54,671 nt of DNA from an uncultured Acidobacteriota bacterium (GTDB lineage: Bacteria > Acidobacteriota > UBA6911): the NCBI GenBank assembly GCA_964353465.1, contig CAYGWQ010000004.1:1-54671 (forward strand), written 5' to 3'. The position numbers were made by a program, and so were the translations under genes. Shown here one piece after another: positions 19,973 to 29,745 of the stretch. The notes beneath the pieces are model-generated. The model was not told where the DNA came from. It did no database searches and worked only from the letters and a program-made list of their open reading frames with translations. Position 1 is the first letter of the stretch. Each line of letters starts with the position of its first letter.

Positions 19973-21085
19973 ATGGCCTCAGCAGCAGCCGGCCCGACTG
20001 CCGTGCCGGATCGGCTTCTTTCCCTCGACGTTTTTCGCGGTGTGACGATGTTTCTCCTGATTGGGGAAAGCACACATATCTACTCCTATCTCGTCGACCC
20101 ATCTCTGCAGGGGACGCTCCTGCATACGATCGGGACCCAGTTCCAACACCACCCCTGGAACGGCCTGCGTTTTTGGGACCTCATCCAGCCTTTTTTCATG
20201 TTCATCGTCGGGGTTGCCATCCCTTTTTCTGTGGCGAGGCGGGAGCAGCTCGGGGAGAGCCGGGCTCGGATTGTCCGCCATGTGCTTTTCCGCTCCTTCC
20301 TCCTCCTCCTTCTTGGCTGGGCCCTCTACTGCATCGAGCCCGGCCGGATCACGTTCCGCTTCCAGAATGTGCTGGCCCAGCTATCCGTCACGTATCTTCT
20401 TGCCTTCCTGCTCATGCGGCGGACCCTGGGAGCGCAGCTGGCGTGGAGTTTCGGGCTGCTGGCCGTGACTGAGGTTGTTTACCGGCTCTTTCCCATTTCA
20501 GGATATGACCAGGCTTTCATACCAGATCACAATTTTGGCGCCTACGTGGACATGCTGATTTCGGGAGAGCTCTCAGGCGGCCATTGGGTTTCATTCAATG
20601 CCGTACCGACCGCTGCCCACACGATCTGGGGGGTGGTGGTGGGGCAATGTCTGATGAGTGTCCAGCCGGCGCGCCGGAAGATCATTGTGCTGAGCGCTGC
20701 CGGGATTGCCATGCTCATCCTGGGATACTCCCTCAACCCGATCACGCCGATCATCAAGCGTATCGCGACGAGTTCCTTTGTGGTAGCTAGCGGGGGTTAC
20801 TGCCTGCTGGCGCTCGGGTTTTGTTACTGGCTGATCGATGTCAGGAAGCACAGGGGCTGGACGGCATTCTTCAGCATCGTCGGGTTGAATTCCATATTCA
20901 TATACCTCTTCACGGAGAGCGGCGGCACCTCTTGGATAGCCAGGCTGGTGCGGCCGTTTGTGCACGGATTGTTCTCGTGGACGGGGAATCTATCGGCAAG
21001 GATTTTGGCCGGCCTTGCGGCTTGGGCGATCCTCTGGTCGATGTGTTATTGGCTGTACCGCCGAAAGATCGTGATCAAGATCTAG
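19973..21085 (+). CDS. DUF5009 / HGSNAT(NagX)-like membrane acyltransferase
   Basis: RLLSLDVFRG.TM, H.PWNG..FWDLIQP.FMFIVG, PIIKRIATSSF; multiple TM helices. Confidence 0.85.
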   Translation: MASAAAGPTAVPDRLLSLDVFRGVTMFLLIGESTHIYSYLVDPSLQGTLLHTIGTQFQHHPWNGLRFWDLIQPFFMFIVGVAIPFSVARREQLGESRARIVRHVLFRSFLLLLLGWALYCIEPGRITFRFQNVLAQLSVTYLLAFLLMRRTLGAQLAWSFGLLAVTEVVYRLFPISGYDQAFIPDHNFGAYVDMLISGELSGGHWVSFNAVPTAAHTIWGVVVGQCLMSVQPARRKIIVLSAAGIAMLILGYSLNPITPIIKRIATSSFVVASGGYCLLALGFCYWLIDVRKHRGWTAFFSIVGLNSIFIYLFTESGGTSWIARLVRPFVHGLFSWTGNLSARILAGLAAWAILWSMCYWLYRRKIVIKI

Positions 21086-21192
21086 ACCGGCAAGCCAGGG
21101 ATCGCAAGCTTCGCCCTGATGACTCAGTGCACCGGCGCTCACGGTAGGCCCCGGCCGCCGGACGGGGTTTGAGGTGATGCGGCGGCAAAGTG

Positions 21193-21463
21193 GGTATCTG
21201 TCGCGCAACTCGGTTGCAGAATGTGCGGCCGAACCCCGGAGGGGTGGAAAGATAATAGCCGGGGGTGTAAACCCCCGGATAGGATGTTGCATTTAATGAG
21301 CCCCGGCAGGGGCGAAAGATCTTTGTCGGCAACCATTTTCTGTCGCCCCTCCAGGGCTTGGCGCCGATCTCCGGCTTAACCCCGGGCTCGCGCCCGGGGC
21401 TATTGTCTTTCTGCCCCTCCGGGGCGCGCCTGCCGGCCGAACGAGTTTCGCGACCGAAACTAG
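21193..21463. repeat. Palindromic MITE/REP-like element, copy A
   Basis: Nested hairpins (CCCCGGAGGGG, CCGGGGG..CCCCCGG, GCCCC..GGGGC) with terminal IR GTCGCGCAACTCG (21200-21212) / CGAGTTTCGCGAC (21442-21454); near-copy inverted at 54431-54671. Confidence 0.85.
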
Positions 21464-21552
21464 TTGGAGCGCCGTCTGGCATCCGGCGGCCACTTGGCAT
21501 TTGGCTCCAGCTTTTGCGGAAATCTTCAAAGCAAACGCTATAGCATAACAAT

Positions 21553-22956
21553 TCAGGACATCCGGACCCAGCGGATTAGGGTGCCGAACGAGGGAGGCTT
21601 GCCGAACATCAGCAGGCCGATCCGGAATATTTTGGCTGCGAACCAGACGGCAGCCGCTGCACCCGCGGCGCTGACCACAATCGCAAGGCCGACCTGCCAC
21701 ATCGGTGGAGGTGCGATAGATGTCATCCGCAGCAGCATGACGAAATTTCCGACCGGCGGGATGAAACTCAAGACAATCGCGAGCAGCGAGTTCGGCTCTC
21801 GGCTGATCGGCATCCAAAGTATCATGGGCAGCATGATGACCAGCATCACCGGTGTCATCAGGGTCTGCGCCTCTCGCATCTCGTTGACGGCCGATCCGAC
21901 GGCTGCCATGAAGGCAGCGATCGTGAAGAAGGCAAGCACGAAGAACACGAACAGATAGAGAATGAGCATCGGATCCAGCAGGCCGAGCATAGCGAAGGAA
22001 AACAGCGCCACTATGCCGAGTCCCCCGTAGAGCGCCAGCACCAAAAAGCCAACCCCCATCTGTCCCAGGATCTTGCCTGTCATCAGTTCCATGGGAGATA
22101 CAGCGGAGAGCAGCACTTCCACGACGCGGCTGGCTTTCTCCTCGACTGTTGTGGTCAGAAGGGACTGGCCGCTGGTCATGCAGGAGATCAGGAGCAGGAT
22201 CATGAATGCACCCGGCATCATCATATTGAGGACCTCATTCGTAGCCCGCTCGCCCTCCTCCGTCACCGTGCGCGATTGCGGGCGGTCCACCCGTGTCAAC
22301 GCTTCGATCTCGCTGCGCTTCAAACCGGAGGCCTGGACGCGCGCTTCGACAATGGCCTCGCGCAGGCCGTTACGGATGTCGTCCTCGAGGCGGTCGTCGA
22401 ATTTGCTGCGCACAAAAAGGTCGTAACTGCCAAAGCGCTCCTTTCCTTCTGCACGGCGCACCGCGTCCGGGTGCACGACGATCAGCGCCAGGCGCTTCGG
22501 CTCTTTTGTGCGATCGTCGCTCCCCGCCGCCTTGAGCGGTGCCTTCGCCTGCTCCAGGTCCGTTCGGGGATCGAGCGCGACGACATCCAGCTGTGGGGCC
22601 TCGCCGAATGCGGCTGCGATCTGGCGCTGCATGGCCTCCTGTCCTCCCGGCGAGGTCGCCACCACCTTCTTCACCGCCTCCGGCGCCGCCTGGGCAGCCT
22701 GCCGGCCGGAAGCCTCGCGGCGCTCGACAAAACGCTCCGGCTGCAGGTAGGCCCGCAATCCCTCCGTCACTTGGCCGGTGGGATCCATCACGGCAATTTC
22801 GCCGATCACCTTCGGCGTGGTTTGGTTGATCATGCGCGGGAAGACTAATACCATAATGCCGATCATGATCGGCGCGACGAGCATCCCGATAATGAATCCC
22901 TTGGTCATCACCGTTGCCGCAAACTCTCGGTACGCTACATGCCGGATCTTCTTCAT
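21553..22956 (-). CDS. ABC-2 type exporter permease (NatB-like)
   Basis: AYREF, VEEKASRVVEVLLSAV.P.ELM.GKILG, KIFRIGLLM.GK.P; overlaps the ATPase stop. Confidence 0.88.
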   Translation of the reverse strand: MKKIRHVAYREFAATVMTKGFIIGMLVAPIMIGIMVLVFPRMINQTTPKVIGEIAVMDPTGQVTEGLRAYLQPERFVERREASGRQAAQAAPEAVKKVVATSPGGQEAMQRQIAAAFGEAPQLDVVALDPRTDLEQAKAPLKAAGSDDRTKEPKRLALIVVHPDAVRRAEGKERFGSYDLFVRSKFDDRLEDDIRNGLREAIVEARVQASGLKRSEIEALTRVDRPQSRTVTEEGERATNEVLNMMMPGAFMILLLISCMTSGQSLLTTTVEEKASRVVEVLLSAVSPMELMTGKILGQMGVGFLVLALYGGLGIVALFSFAMLGLLDPMLILYLFVFFVLAFFTIAAFMAAVGSAVNEMREAQTLMTPVMLVIMLPMILWMPISREPNSLLAIVLSFIPPVGNFVMLLRMTSIAPPPMWQVGLAIVVSAAGAAAAVWFAAKIFRIGLLMFGKPPSFGTLIRWVRMS

Positions 22957-23939
22957 CGCCTCACCTCCGGCCCGTGGCCGTTTTCGCGGAGCAAAGCGCG
23001 CAACCGGGCGGACTCATCACCGGCCACGGAAGCGCTGCCTTCGACGATCGCGATAAAAATGTCCTCGAGCGTGGGCCGCCGCACTTCAATGCGCATCGGA
23101 GCCACGGCGGCTGCGACGGCGCGGATGACCGAAGCCGGATCGGCGCGCTTCTGCAGCGATAGGTTCCACGCGGCGCCGTCACGTGTGACGGCAAGAACGC
23201 CTGCCACGGACTCGAGCGGGCTCAGGTTTGCCTCCGGATTCATCGGTTCAAACAGGATGCTGCGTGGATCGAACTGGGCGCGAATTCCCGCGATCGTCTC
23301 GTCGAGCACCTTCTCCCCTTTGTGAATCATCACCACGTGATCGCACAGCTGCTCGGCATGAACCATGACATGCGTTGAGAAAAGCACCGTCGCGCCGCGC
23401 CTGTGCTCCTCGAGCACCAGGTCGCGCAGAAGCCGCTGGTTGATGGGGTCCAGCCCGCCGAAAGGTTCGTCCAGGATGAGGAGGTCCGGCTGATGGATGA
23501 CGGCGGCAATGAACTGCATTTTCTGCTGCATTCCCTTGGAGAGTTCCTCGCAGCGCTTTGTCTCCACCCCGGCAAGATCCACACGTTCGAGCCACCTCCG
23601 GACCCGCTGCTTCAGACCGGGCCCCTCCGCGCCCTTGAGGCGCGCGATGTAGGTGAGGAAGTCGCCGACGCGCATCTTTTTATAGAAGCCCCGTTCCTCA
23701 GGGAGGTACCCGATGCGATCCTTGGCCTCGAGCGCCGAACGCCTGCCGAGGACGGTCAACTCGCCGCGGTCCGGAAAAAGGATCGACAGGATCATGCGGA
23801 TCGTGGTTGTCTTTCCTGCCCCGTTGGGGCCGATTACCCCGTAGAGCGCTCCTTGGGGCACGACGAGTTCCAGATCGCGGACGGCGACCGTCTCGCCGAA
23901 AGTCTTGGTCAGGTTCCTGAGCACGATCGCATCGGCCAT
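22953..23939 (-). CDS. ABC exporter ATP-binding protein (NatA-like)
   Basis: GPNGAGKTT, LSKGMQQK, LILDEPF.GLDP, STH. Confidence 0.92.
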   Translation of the reverse strand: MADAIVLRNLTKTFGETVAVRDLELVVPQGALYGVIGPNGAGKTTTIRMILSILFPDRGELTVLGRRSALEAKDRIGYLPEERGFYKKMRVGDFLTYIARLKGAEGPGLKQRVRRWLERVDLAGVETKRCEELSKGMQQKMQFIAAVIHQPDLLILDEPFGGLDPINQRLLRDLVLEEHRRGATVLFSTHVMVHAEQLCDHVVMIHKGEKVLDETIAGIRAQFDPRSILFEPMNPEANLSPLESVAGVLAVTRDGAAWNLSLQKRADPASVIRAVAAAVAPMRIEVRRPTLEDIFIAIVEGSASVAGDESARLRALLRENGHGPEVRR

Positions 23940-24055
23940 TGATGACTCCCGTTTGCAGTGGCGCCGCTGCAAGTGCCCTCGGCTTCGGCGCGCGATGAAT
24001 CCGAATGAAAAAGAATCCCTTCGCATTGAGGCAACTGTTTGGCCCTGGAAAAGCA

Positions 24056-24196
24056 GCCACGGATTACACGGATTCACACGGAGTCCTCCTCTCTGAAATT
24101 CGGGTCGCCAAAGGCCACGTCGTTCCTGGGACAGGAATAGTCCAATCGCGACAGAACGGTAGGGTTGAAATCAGTGAAATCCGTGTAATCCGTGGC
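24056..24196. repeat. Inverted-repeat element with ~9-bp periodic arms
   Basis: Exact 19-bp IR GCCACGGATTACACGGATT (24056-24074) / AATCCGTGTAATCCGTGGC (24178-24196). Confidence 0.8.
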
Positions 24197-24319
24197 GGCT
24201 TTTGTTTTTTTGTAGGTCTCCTCCGTTCCAGTGGGCTAAACAATTGCGCATTGAGAATATCATGGGATAGCGGCTACAGGGGACCATTTCCGCGTCCTGC
24301 CTCGCCGGCAGACTTGAAT

Positions 24320-25360
24320 CTATGCATGCACCAGGTTGGTGAGGCCGGCCTCCCTCGCCCAGAAAAGGGCACGCTCCCATTCCGCGGCCGTGATCCGGCG
24401 CGCGATATCCGGATAGTCGAATGCTTTGTGCATGGGGCGGTATTGGGCCATGATGTTGACGCTGGTGCGGGGCGAGAGCTCCTGTGCTACCCAGCGCACA
24501 AAACGGTCGGTGCCTGCTATGTTGTTCGGCATGACCAGGTGGCGTATAATAACTCCTCTTTGTGCAATGCCCTTTTCGTCCACCTGAAGCACACCCACCT
24601 GCCGATGCATCTCCTGGATGACCGCCGCGGCGACTTTAGGATAGTCCTTGGCGCCGCTTGAGTACCTGGCGGCCATCGCTCCTTCCTGGTACTTGAAATC
24701 CGGCAGGTATATGTCCACGATGCCATCCAGCTTTCTTATCACCTCGAGATTGTCATAGCCTCCCGTATTGTAAACGAGCGGCAGGCGGAGCCCCTCGGCG
24801 ATGGCAATGCGCAAGCCTTTGATAATGTGGGGGACGACATGGGTGGGTGTCACCAGGTTGATGTTGTGGCAACCCCGGGCCTGCAGGCCCAGCATGATGC
24901 GGGCCAGCTCATCGTGGCTGATGAAGCTGCCGTCGCCGCGATGATTGATCTGCCAGTTCTGACAGAAACAGCACAGCAGGTTGCAGTTGGAAAAGAAAAC
25001 GGTGCCGGAGCCGCCGCGCCCCACGAGCGGCCTTTCCTCTCCAAAGTGCGGATCGGCGGCATAGACCTTCAGCCTGGCCGTGGAGCTGCAGAAACCCTCC
25101 TCACCCTTGATACGGTCTGTTCTGCAGGAGCGAGGGCAACAATTGCAGCTCCTGAAGATCTCCCAGAGATCCGACTCGACTGCCCTCAGCTTTCCCTGAC
25201 GCTCCAGCTGCAGGTAAGCCGGTTCATATTGCGCAGCGGTCGTCGTTTCTTTCGACAGATCCATGGGGCTCCGTGGGTGGCTGCATTGCGCCGGAGTGAG
25301 AGCAACAGCGCCTGCGGCCGCCAGCGACTGCCTGACGAAATCGCGTCGTGAAGATCTCAT
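24320..25360 (-). CDS. pflX: PflX-like radical SAM protein with an N-terminal twin-arginine-like signal
   Basis: CNCCPRSC, HFGEE..LVG..GSGTVFF, CNLLCCFCQN (CxxxCxxC), NINLVTPTH, DIYLPDFKY, IRHLVMP, MAQYRP; N-terminus SRRDFV plus hydrophobic stretch. Confidence 0.85.
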   Translation of the reverse strand: MRSSRRDFVRQSLAAAGAVALTPAQCSHPRSPMDLSKETTTAAQYEPAYLQLERQGKLRAVESDLWEIFRSCNCCPRSCRTDRIKGEEGFCSSTARLKVYAADPHFGEERPLVGRGGSGTVFFSNCNLLCCFCQNWQINHRGDGSFISHDELARIMLGLQARGCHNINLVTPTHVVPHIIKGLRIAIAEGLRLPLVYNTGGYDNLEVIRKLDGIVDIYLPDFKYQEGAMAARYSSGAKDYPKVAAAVIQEMHRQVGVLQVDEKGIAQRGVIIRHLVMPNNIAGTDRFVRWVAQELSPRTSVNIMAQYRPMHKAFDYPDIARRITAAEWERALFWAREAGLTNLVHA

Positions 25361-25402
25361 GGCCGGCCTCCGCATAAGGGGCGCTGTGCGCCGATTCGTG
25401 CG

Positions 25403-26380
25403 TCATCGACCCAGATATTTCTTCGGAAACTTGGCCACCACGCAGTAGTTGGGATCCACTAGGTTGCCGATGCGCGCCGTGCCGAGCTGGGAAACCAGCT
25501 GGAAAGCCTCCCACTTATCGAATCCGTACTCCTGGGCCAGCCACAGGACCAGCTCCACATGGGCGATCCGGAACGCATCCATGAGCGGGCGTATGCTCCC
25601 GGTCGTCATGATGTACTCGCTGTTTTCAATCCTGGGCCACTGGATTTTCTTGTTCTTTACGAGGTCAAACTGGAATGTGACATCCATTGCGGTTTCCAGG
25701 CCGGAGCCGCAAACCTCACCGTCGCCCTGCAGCGCATGTCCGTCTCCAAAATAGAAGAGGGCGCCGGGGTGAAAAATCGGGAGATACACGGTGGCACCTT
25801 CCTTGATGTCAGGGACATCCATGTTGCCGCCGAATTCACCCGGCCAAAGCCCCCCCCAGCTTTCCTCTCCCGGGGGCGCTGTTGCCACACGGCCCAGCAT
25901 GGGGTCGAGGGGAACAGTGATCGACTTCGTGCGGCTGTTGGGCAGAGCTAGCGATCCGGTCAGTCTTTTCAGGTCCAGCTTCCACACGAAGCGTTGCGAC
26001 GGTGCAGGGTCATTCAGCATTGGCGTGGACTTGTCGGCCGTCAATGCGCTCAGGCCGGGCCGGTGCGTGGAAACCGCGGTGTCGTGGTTCGGGGCAAGTT
26101 TCAGGATCCTGACCACCAACGTGTCCTCCGGTGTGGCTCCCTCGATCTCGATGGGCCCCACCTCGCCCGGCCATGCGCCGCCGGCCTTTTCATACCATTC
26201 TCCCCAGAGAGTGTTGGTGATCAGGATATCGCCGGGTTTCACCCGAAACACGGGAGCACGCTTGGCAAATGTGGGATACCCTTTCTGCGGGGTGAACTTG
26301 TGGGTTTCCGCGCAAAGCAGGCACGGTATCAGAAGCAGAAACAATCCGATCACGATCTGAATTCCCATCGATCTAAACAT
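25403..26380 (-). CDS. Acetamidase/formamidase-family protein with a signal peptide
   Basis: GPIEIEGA...GGNMD...G.TVYLP...GALFYFGDGHALQGDGEVCG.GLE; Sec-type N-terminus. Confidence 0.9.
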   Translation of the reverse strand: MFRSMGIQIVIGLFLLLIPCLLCAETHKFTPQKGYPTFAKRAPVFRVKPGDILITNTLWGEWYEKAGGAWPGEVGPIEIEGATPEDTLVVRILKLAPNHDTAVSTHRPGLSALTADKSTPMLNDPAPSQRFVWKLDLKRLTGSLALPNSRTKSITVPLDPMLGRVATAPPGEESWGGLWPGEFGGNMDVPDIKEGATVYLPIFHPGALFYFGDGHALQGDGEVCGSGLETAMDVTFQFDLVKNKKIQWPRIENSEYIMTTGSIRPLMDAFRIAHVELVLWLAQEYGFDKWEAFQLVSQLGTARIGNLVDPNYCVVAKFPKKYLGR

Positions 26381-26484
26381 CGAATTCCTCCAACGGTCTG
26401 GCGGTCATCACCCAGGCTGGCCGTAGTGGCGCTCAGTTAAGAGTGACCGCAATCGCCTGTCAGTGCCTACACATCGAATTTTTA

Positions 26485-26662
26485 AGCCCCAAAGGGGCGG
26501 TGCAGGAAAGCCCAGGGCGTGAGCCCTGGGATCATGAACATCCGGGGAATCAGCCCTGAAGGGCGATGCAGCGTGCGCCGCCCTTTCAGGGCTGATTCCT
26601 TGCGCTGCGGCCGTTCCCAGGGCTTGCGCCCTCGGCTTTGCTGCTGGACCCTTTCAGGGTCC
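26485..26662. repeat. Palindromic REP-like element, copy B (variant)
   Basis: GCCCCAAAGGGGC, CCCAGGGC..GCCCTGGG and AGCCCTGAAGGGCG mirrored by CGCCCTTTCAGGGCT, CCCAGGGC..GCCCTCGG and GACCCTTTCAGGGTC. Confidence 0.85.
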
Positions 26663-26791
26663 CAATGGGATCCCTTATTAAGCCCTATTCCAGGCTGGCC
26701 GAGAATTCCCTCTCTATGCTGCCTCCCCTGCAAACCGGTCCGGCGCAAACCCGCCGGGACCGATCCAAGCCCGGGGCTGCGTTTCGACCGG

Positions 26792-27166
26792 CTATTCCTT
26801 CCCCGTAACGCTGCTCCGGGCACGGAAGCTGTTGATGGCAGCCTCTTCGTTATCATACATCTCGAAGACGTTGTCCAGGCGCGTGAGATGCAAGACATGG
26901 GCAATGTTTTTATCGGCGTGCACAAGCTTCAAGCACGCTCCCTGGCGGACCGCGCTCGTATAGCTGCCGACCAGTTCGCCGATGCCGGCCGCGCTATCCA
27001 GGTAGGTGACCTGGGCGAGATTTAACAAGACGTTCCGGCTACCCGATTCGAGCGCGCCGACAACCGTGCTGCGGATGAGTCCAGGTGCGTCGGCTATTGT
27101 GAACCTGCCGTTCAAATCGACGACGGTAACATCTCCAACCCTACGAACTGTGGCCATGCAGTTCAT
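26792..27166 (-). CDS. STAS-domain anti-sigma factor antagonist
   Basis: VTVVDLNG...VLLNL..VTYLDSAAGIGELV...LTRLDNVFE; SD GGAGGTG. Confidence 0.88.
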   Translation of the reverse strand: MNCMATVRRVGDVTVVDLNGRFTIADAPGLIRSTVVGALESGSRNVLLNLAQVTYLDSAAGIGELVGSYTSAVRQGACLKLVHADKNIAHVLHLTRLDNVFEMYDNEEAAINSFRARSSVTGKE

Positions 27167-27371
27167 AGTCCACCTCCCGTCATGCCCCATTGTCACACGT
27201 ACAAAGACCGCTCATCAAGCGGGAAACAGGGGACGTTCACCCGTGTTGTGATGCGCAATGATCTGGGTCGGAAGCGTTCTGCCGCAGATTTGGTGGATGT
27301 CTCCAGTTTCCACGGGACATGAAATCCAAAAAGGACCTAAAATGGAAACAGCAGTTCGCTGGGCCCGGGGG

Positions 27372-28040
27372 ATGCAATTGAAGAAGGATGTTCTTTGCTT
27401 CATTGCGGCAATGGGGATGATCTCACTTCTCGATTCGGGGTGCGGCAAAAAGACCCAGGTCCGGCCCCCGCTTGCGGCGGCTGCCAACGTCGGGACACAG
27501 GTAGGCATGGCGAGCTGGTACGGACAGCCCTATCATGGCCGCCGGGCGGCGAGCGGTGAAATCTACGACATGGAGAAGTTGACGGCGGCGCACCGGACCC
27601 TGCCATTCGGTACGCGGGTGCGTGTTGAAAATCTGGAGAACGGCAGGAACATCGAGCTTAGAATCAACGACCGCGGACCTTTCGTCGAAGACAGGATCAT
27701 CGACGTATCGCGCGCCGCCGCGCGCGCCCTCGGCATGCTTGGGACCGGCACGGCAAGAGTCCGAATTGAAGTGATATCGTCCGTCGCGGACACACGCGGC
27801 GAGATCTTCGCGGTGCAGGTTGGAGCTTTCCAGGACCGCACACGGGCAGAGCGTCTTCAGAGAGAAATGGAAGAGCGCTACGGGACGGCAACCATTTCGG
27901 AGCGGACGGGAAACCCGGTGCTTTGGCGAGTGCTGGTCGGCAAGGTCGCCGGCATGGAAGCAGCAGATGCCCTGGCACGTCGCATCCGGTCCGAGAATCC
28001 GGATACCATCAAAGCCACTCTGGTCGTGCGTCTTGATTGA
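27372..28040 (+). CDS. rlpA: Septal ring lytic transglycosylase RlpA (DPBB + SPOR), lipoprotein
   Basis: LDSGC lipobox; G.ASWYG..YHGR..ASGE.YD...LTAAHRTLPFG, INDRGPF..DRIIDVS; VQVGAF SPOR domain. Start codon uncertain. Confidence 0.9.
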   Translation: MQLKKDVLCFIAAMGMISLLDSGCGKKTQVRPPLAAAANVGTQVGMASWYGQPYHGRRAASGEIYDMEKLTAAHRTLPFGTRVRVENLENGRNIELRINDRGPFVEDRIIDVSRAAARALGMLGTGTARVRIEVISSVADTRGEIFAVQVGAFQDRTRAERLQREMEERYGTATISERTGNPVLWRVLVGKVAGMEAADALARRIRSENPDTIKATLVVRLD

Positions 28041-28147
28041 GAAAGGTTGGGGACGTTCGCCTGTTGTGGGTCACAGATCTCACGACTCAGGCCGATTTGC
28101 ACCGCGAAGCAAGTGAACGTCCCCGATTCTGTGGCGGGATCACGTAC

Positions 28148-29101
28148 TCATTTTTGTCCCTTGATCCGTGCAATCATCTGATCGATTCTGCTGCGCAATT
28201 GATCCGGAGATTCAGCAAAAATGGAATAGCCCGGTTTGTCGAGCGGGGTGACGCCGGCCTGCCATACATAGGCAGCCCACTTTCCCTCAGGCAGGATCGA
28301 ATTGCCCGGGGAAACCCACTCATAGACATCACCGTTCCAGTCGAAGATCAATCTTCTGTCCTGAAAGTAACCTTTGATGGCCGCACCGGGGAAGGGCCGG
28401 TATGAGACCACGAGTAGTCCTGTAGGGCCATAGATGGCGCAAAACTGCAGCTGGCCCACATCTCCGCTATCGAGGCCGACGCTGCCGCCGCCCCTGGCGA
28501 AAACCTCCTTGCCATTCAGAATCAGATAGGCGCCGGGCCCTCTGAAGCCGAAAGACGAGATCACCCCGGGATAGCCCTGGAGCGGTTCCTTGATTTTCAC
28601 CGTGGGCAGGAGCCGGACCGCCAGCCGCCTGTTGCCGGTGGTTGCCGTGGCAAATTCAATGATGGCTTCCTGATAGTTTTGCAGTGTCAGTTTTTGAGAT
28701 GAGAGAACCGCTTTAGTCTTGCCGTCCGTGATGGACAGGTCGAGCAGGATGCCATTGTTGTCTAGTTGAAGGAGATACGTCCGGATCCAGACGCTGGTCT
28801 CCTTGTCCTCTCCAAGAGCAAGCCCTGACAGCCCATTGCTGCCGGCGCGCCATTCCATACCGTAGGGGAACGCTTTCAGGACATTGACTGCGCCGGGCAG
28901 GATTTCGATGATTTCCAGCTTCAGATCCAGGATCATCACCGGTTCCAGGTTATAGTCCACAATAGGCTTCGCCGGATCGCCGCTGCCGGCGATTCTGACT
29001 CCTCCGATGCCCGACACCTGGGCGTGGACAACGAGCGGGACTCCAAGCATGAAGATGCAGCCCACCAGCAGAAGAACTAGGTTGTTCAAATTCTTGTTCA
29101 T
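28148..29101 (-). CDS. Secreted hypothetical protein, third gene of the ECF operon
   Basis: Sec signal ending VHA-Q; ATGA overlap with the upstream gene. Confidence 0.7.
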   Translation of the reverse strand: MNKNLNNLVLLLVGCIFMLGVPLVVHAQVSGIGGVRIAGSGDPAKPIVDYNLEPVMILDLKLEIIEILPGAVNVLKAFPYGMEWRAGSNGLSGLALGEDKETSVWIRTYLLQLDNNGILLDLSITDGKTKAVLSSQKLTLQNYQEAIIEFATATTGNRRLAVRLLPTVKIKEPLQGYPGVISSFGFRGPGAYLILNGKEVFARGGGSVGLDSGDVGQLQFCAIYGPTGLLVVSYRPFPGAAIKGYFQDRRLIFDWNGDVYEWVSPGNSILPEGKWAAYVWQAGVTPLDKPGYSIFAESPDQLRSRIDQMIARIKGQK

Positions 29102-29745
29102 GGCTTTTGCCTTTCATCAGAGGGCTTAAAATAGCTGCCTGCATAGATCTTGGGGATGGCATTCAATCGATAATTGCCTCCGGTGACCAACCGAATCGTC
29201 CCTTGATCAGATTGCAGGAAAATAACGGAAACCCCTCCCTCCGGCATTGCGGTGCCGGGATGAGGGACAATTATTCTCGATGTGACAACACCCGCACGGC
29301 ATACGCCCGCCGGGGTCGATGGTTGGGAGGCAAGGGATGTAGTCTGCGTCCCCGGTTCGGTTGCCGGTGCCCGAACCCCGGCCGCCCTTGGTGAATCCGG
29401 CCGTTCTTCTCCGGGCATGGCGGAGATGGCCGGCGGAATGGCCCGGTCCTGGCTGGGTCGGGAGGTATAATGCGCGCGGACAGCCAGGAGACTCGATATC
29501 AGGAATAGAATCCCGAAGGCCACCGCAATCGGGGCCGGAACCGTGATTTCGGCTGTGAAAATGCGCCTCCAGAACCGAGGGGCGCTCAGCCGTCGATAGG
29601 CCACAAGCACGCGATCATCCAGCGAGGGAGGAGCATCGGGCACACGCCAAGCGCGCAGAAGGGACCTGAGTTTCTCGTCAGGGACAGTTCCAGCGAGGCC
29701 GGGATCGGATGCCAACGGATTCTTCTCATCTCTTGTCTCACTCAT
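29098..29745 (-). CDS. Probable single-pass membrane anti-sigma factor
   Basis: L..LLRAW.VP.AP.SLD.RV motif, one TM helix, Pro/Ala-rich tail; ATGA overlap with the ECF sigma gene. Confidence 0.7.
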   Translation of the reverse strand: MSETRDEKNPLASDPGLAGTVPDEKLRSLLRAWRVPDAPPSLDDRVLVAYRRLSAPRFWRRIFTAEITVPAPIAVAFGILFLISSLLAVRAHYTSRPSQDRAIPPAISAMPGEERPDSPRAAGVRAPATEPGTQTTSLASQPSTPAGVCRAGVVTSRIIVPHPGTAMPEGGVSVIFLQSDQGTIRLVTGGNYRLNAIPKIYAGSYFKPSDERQKP

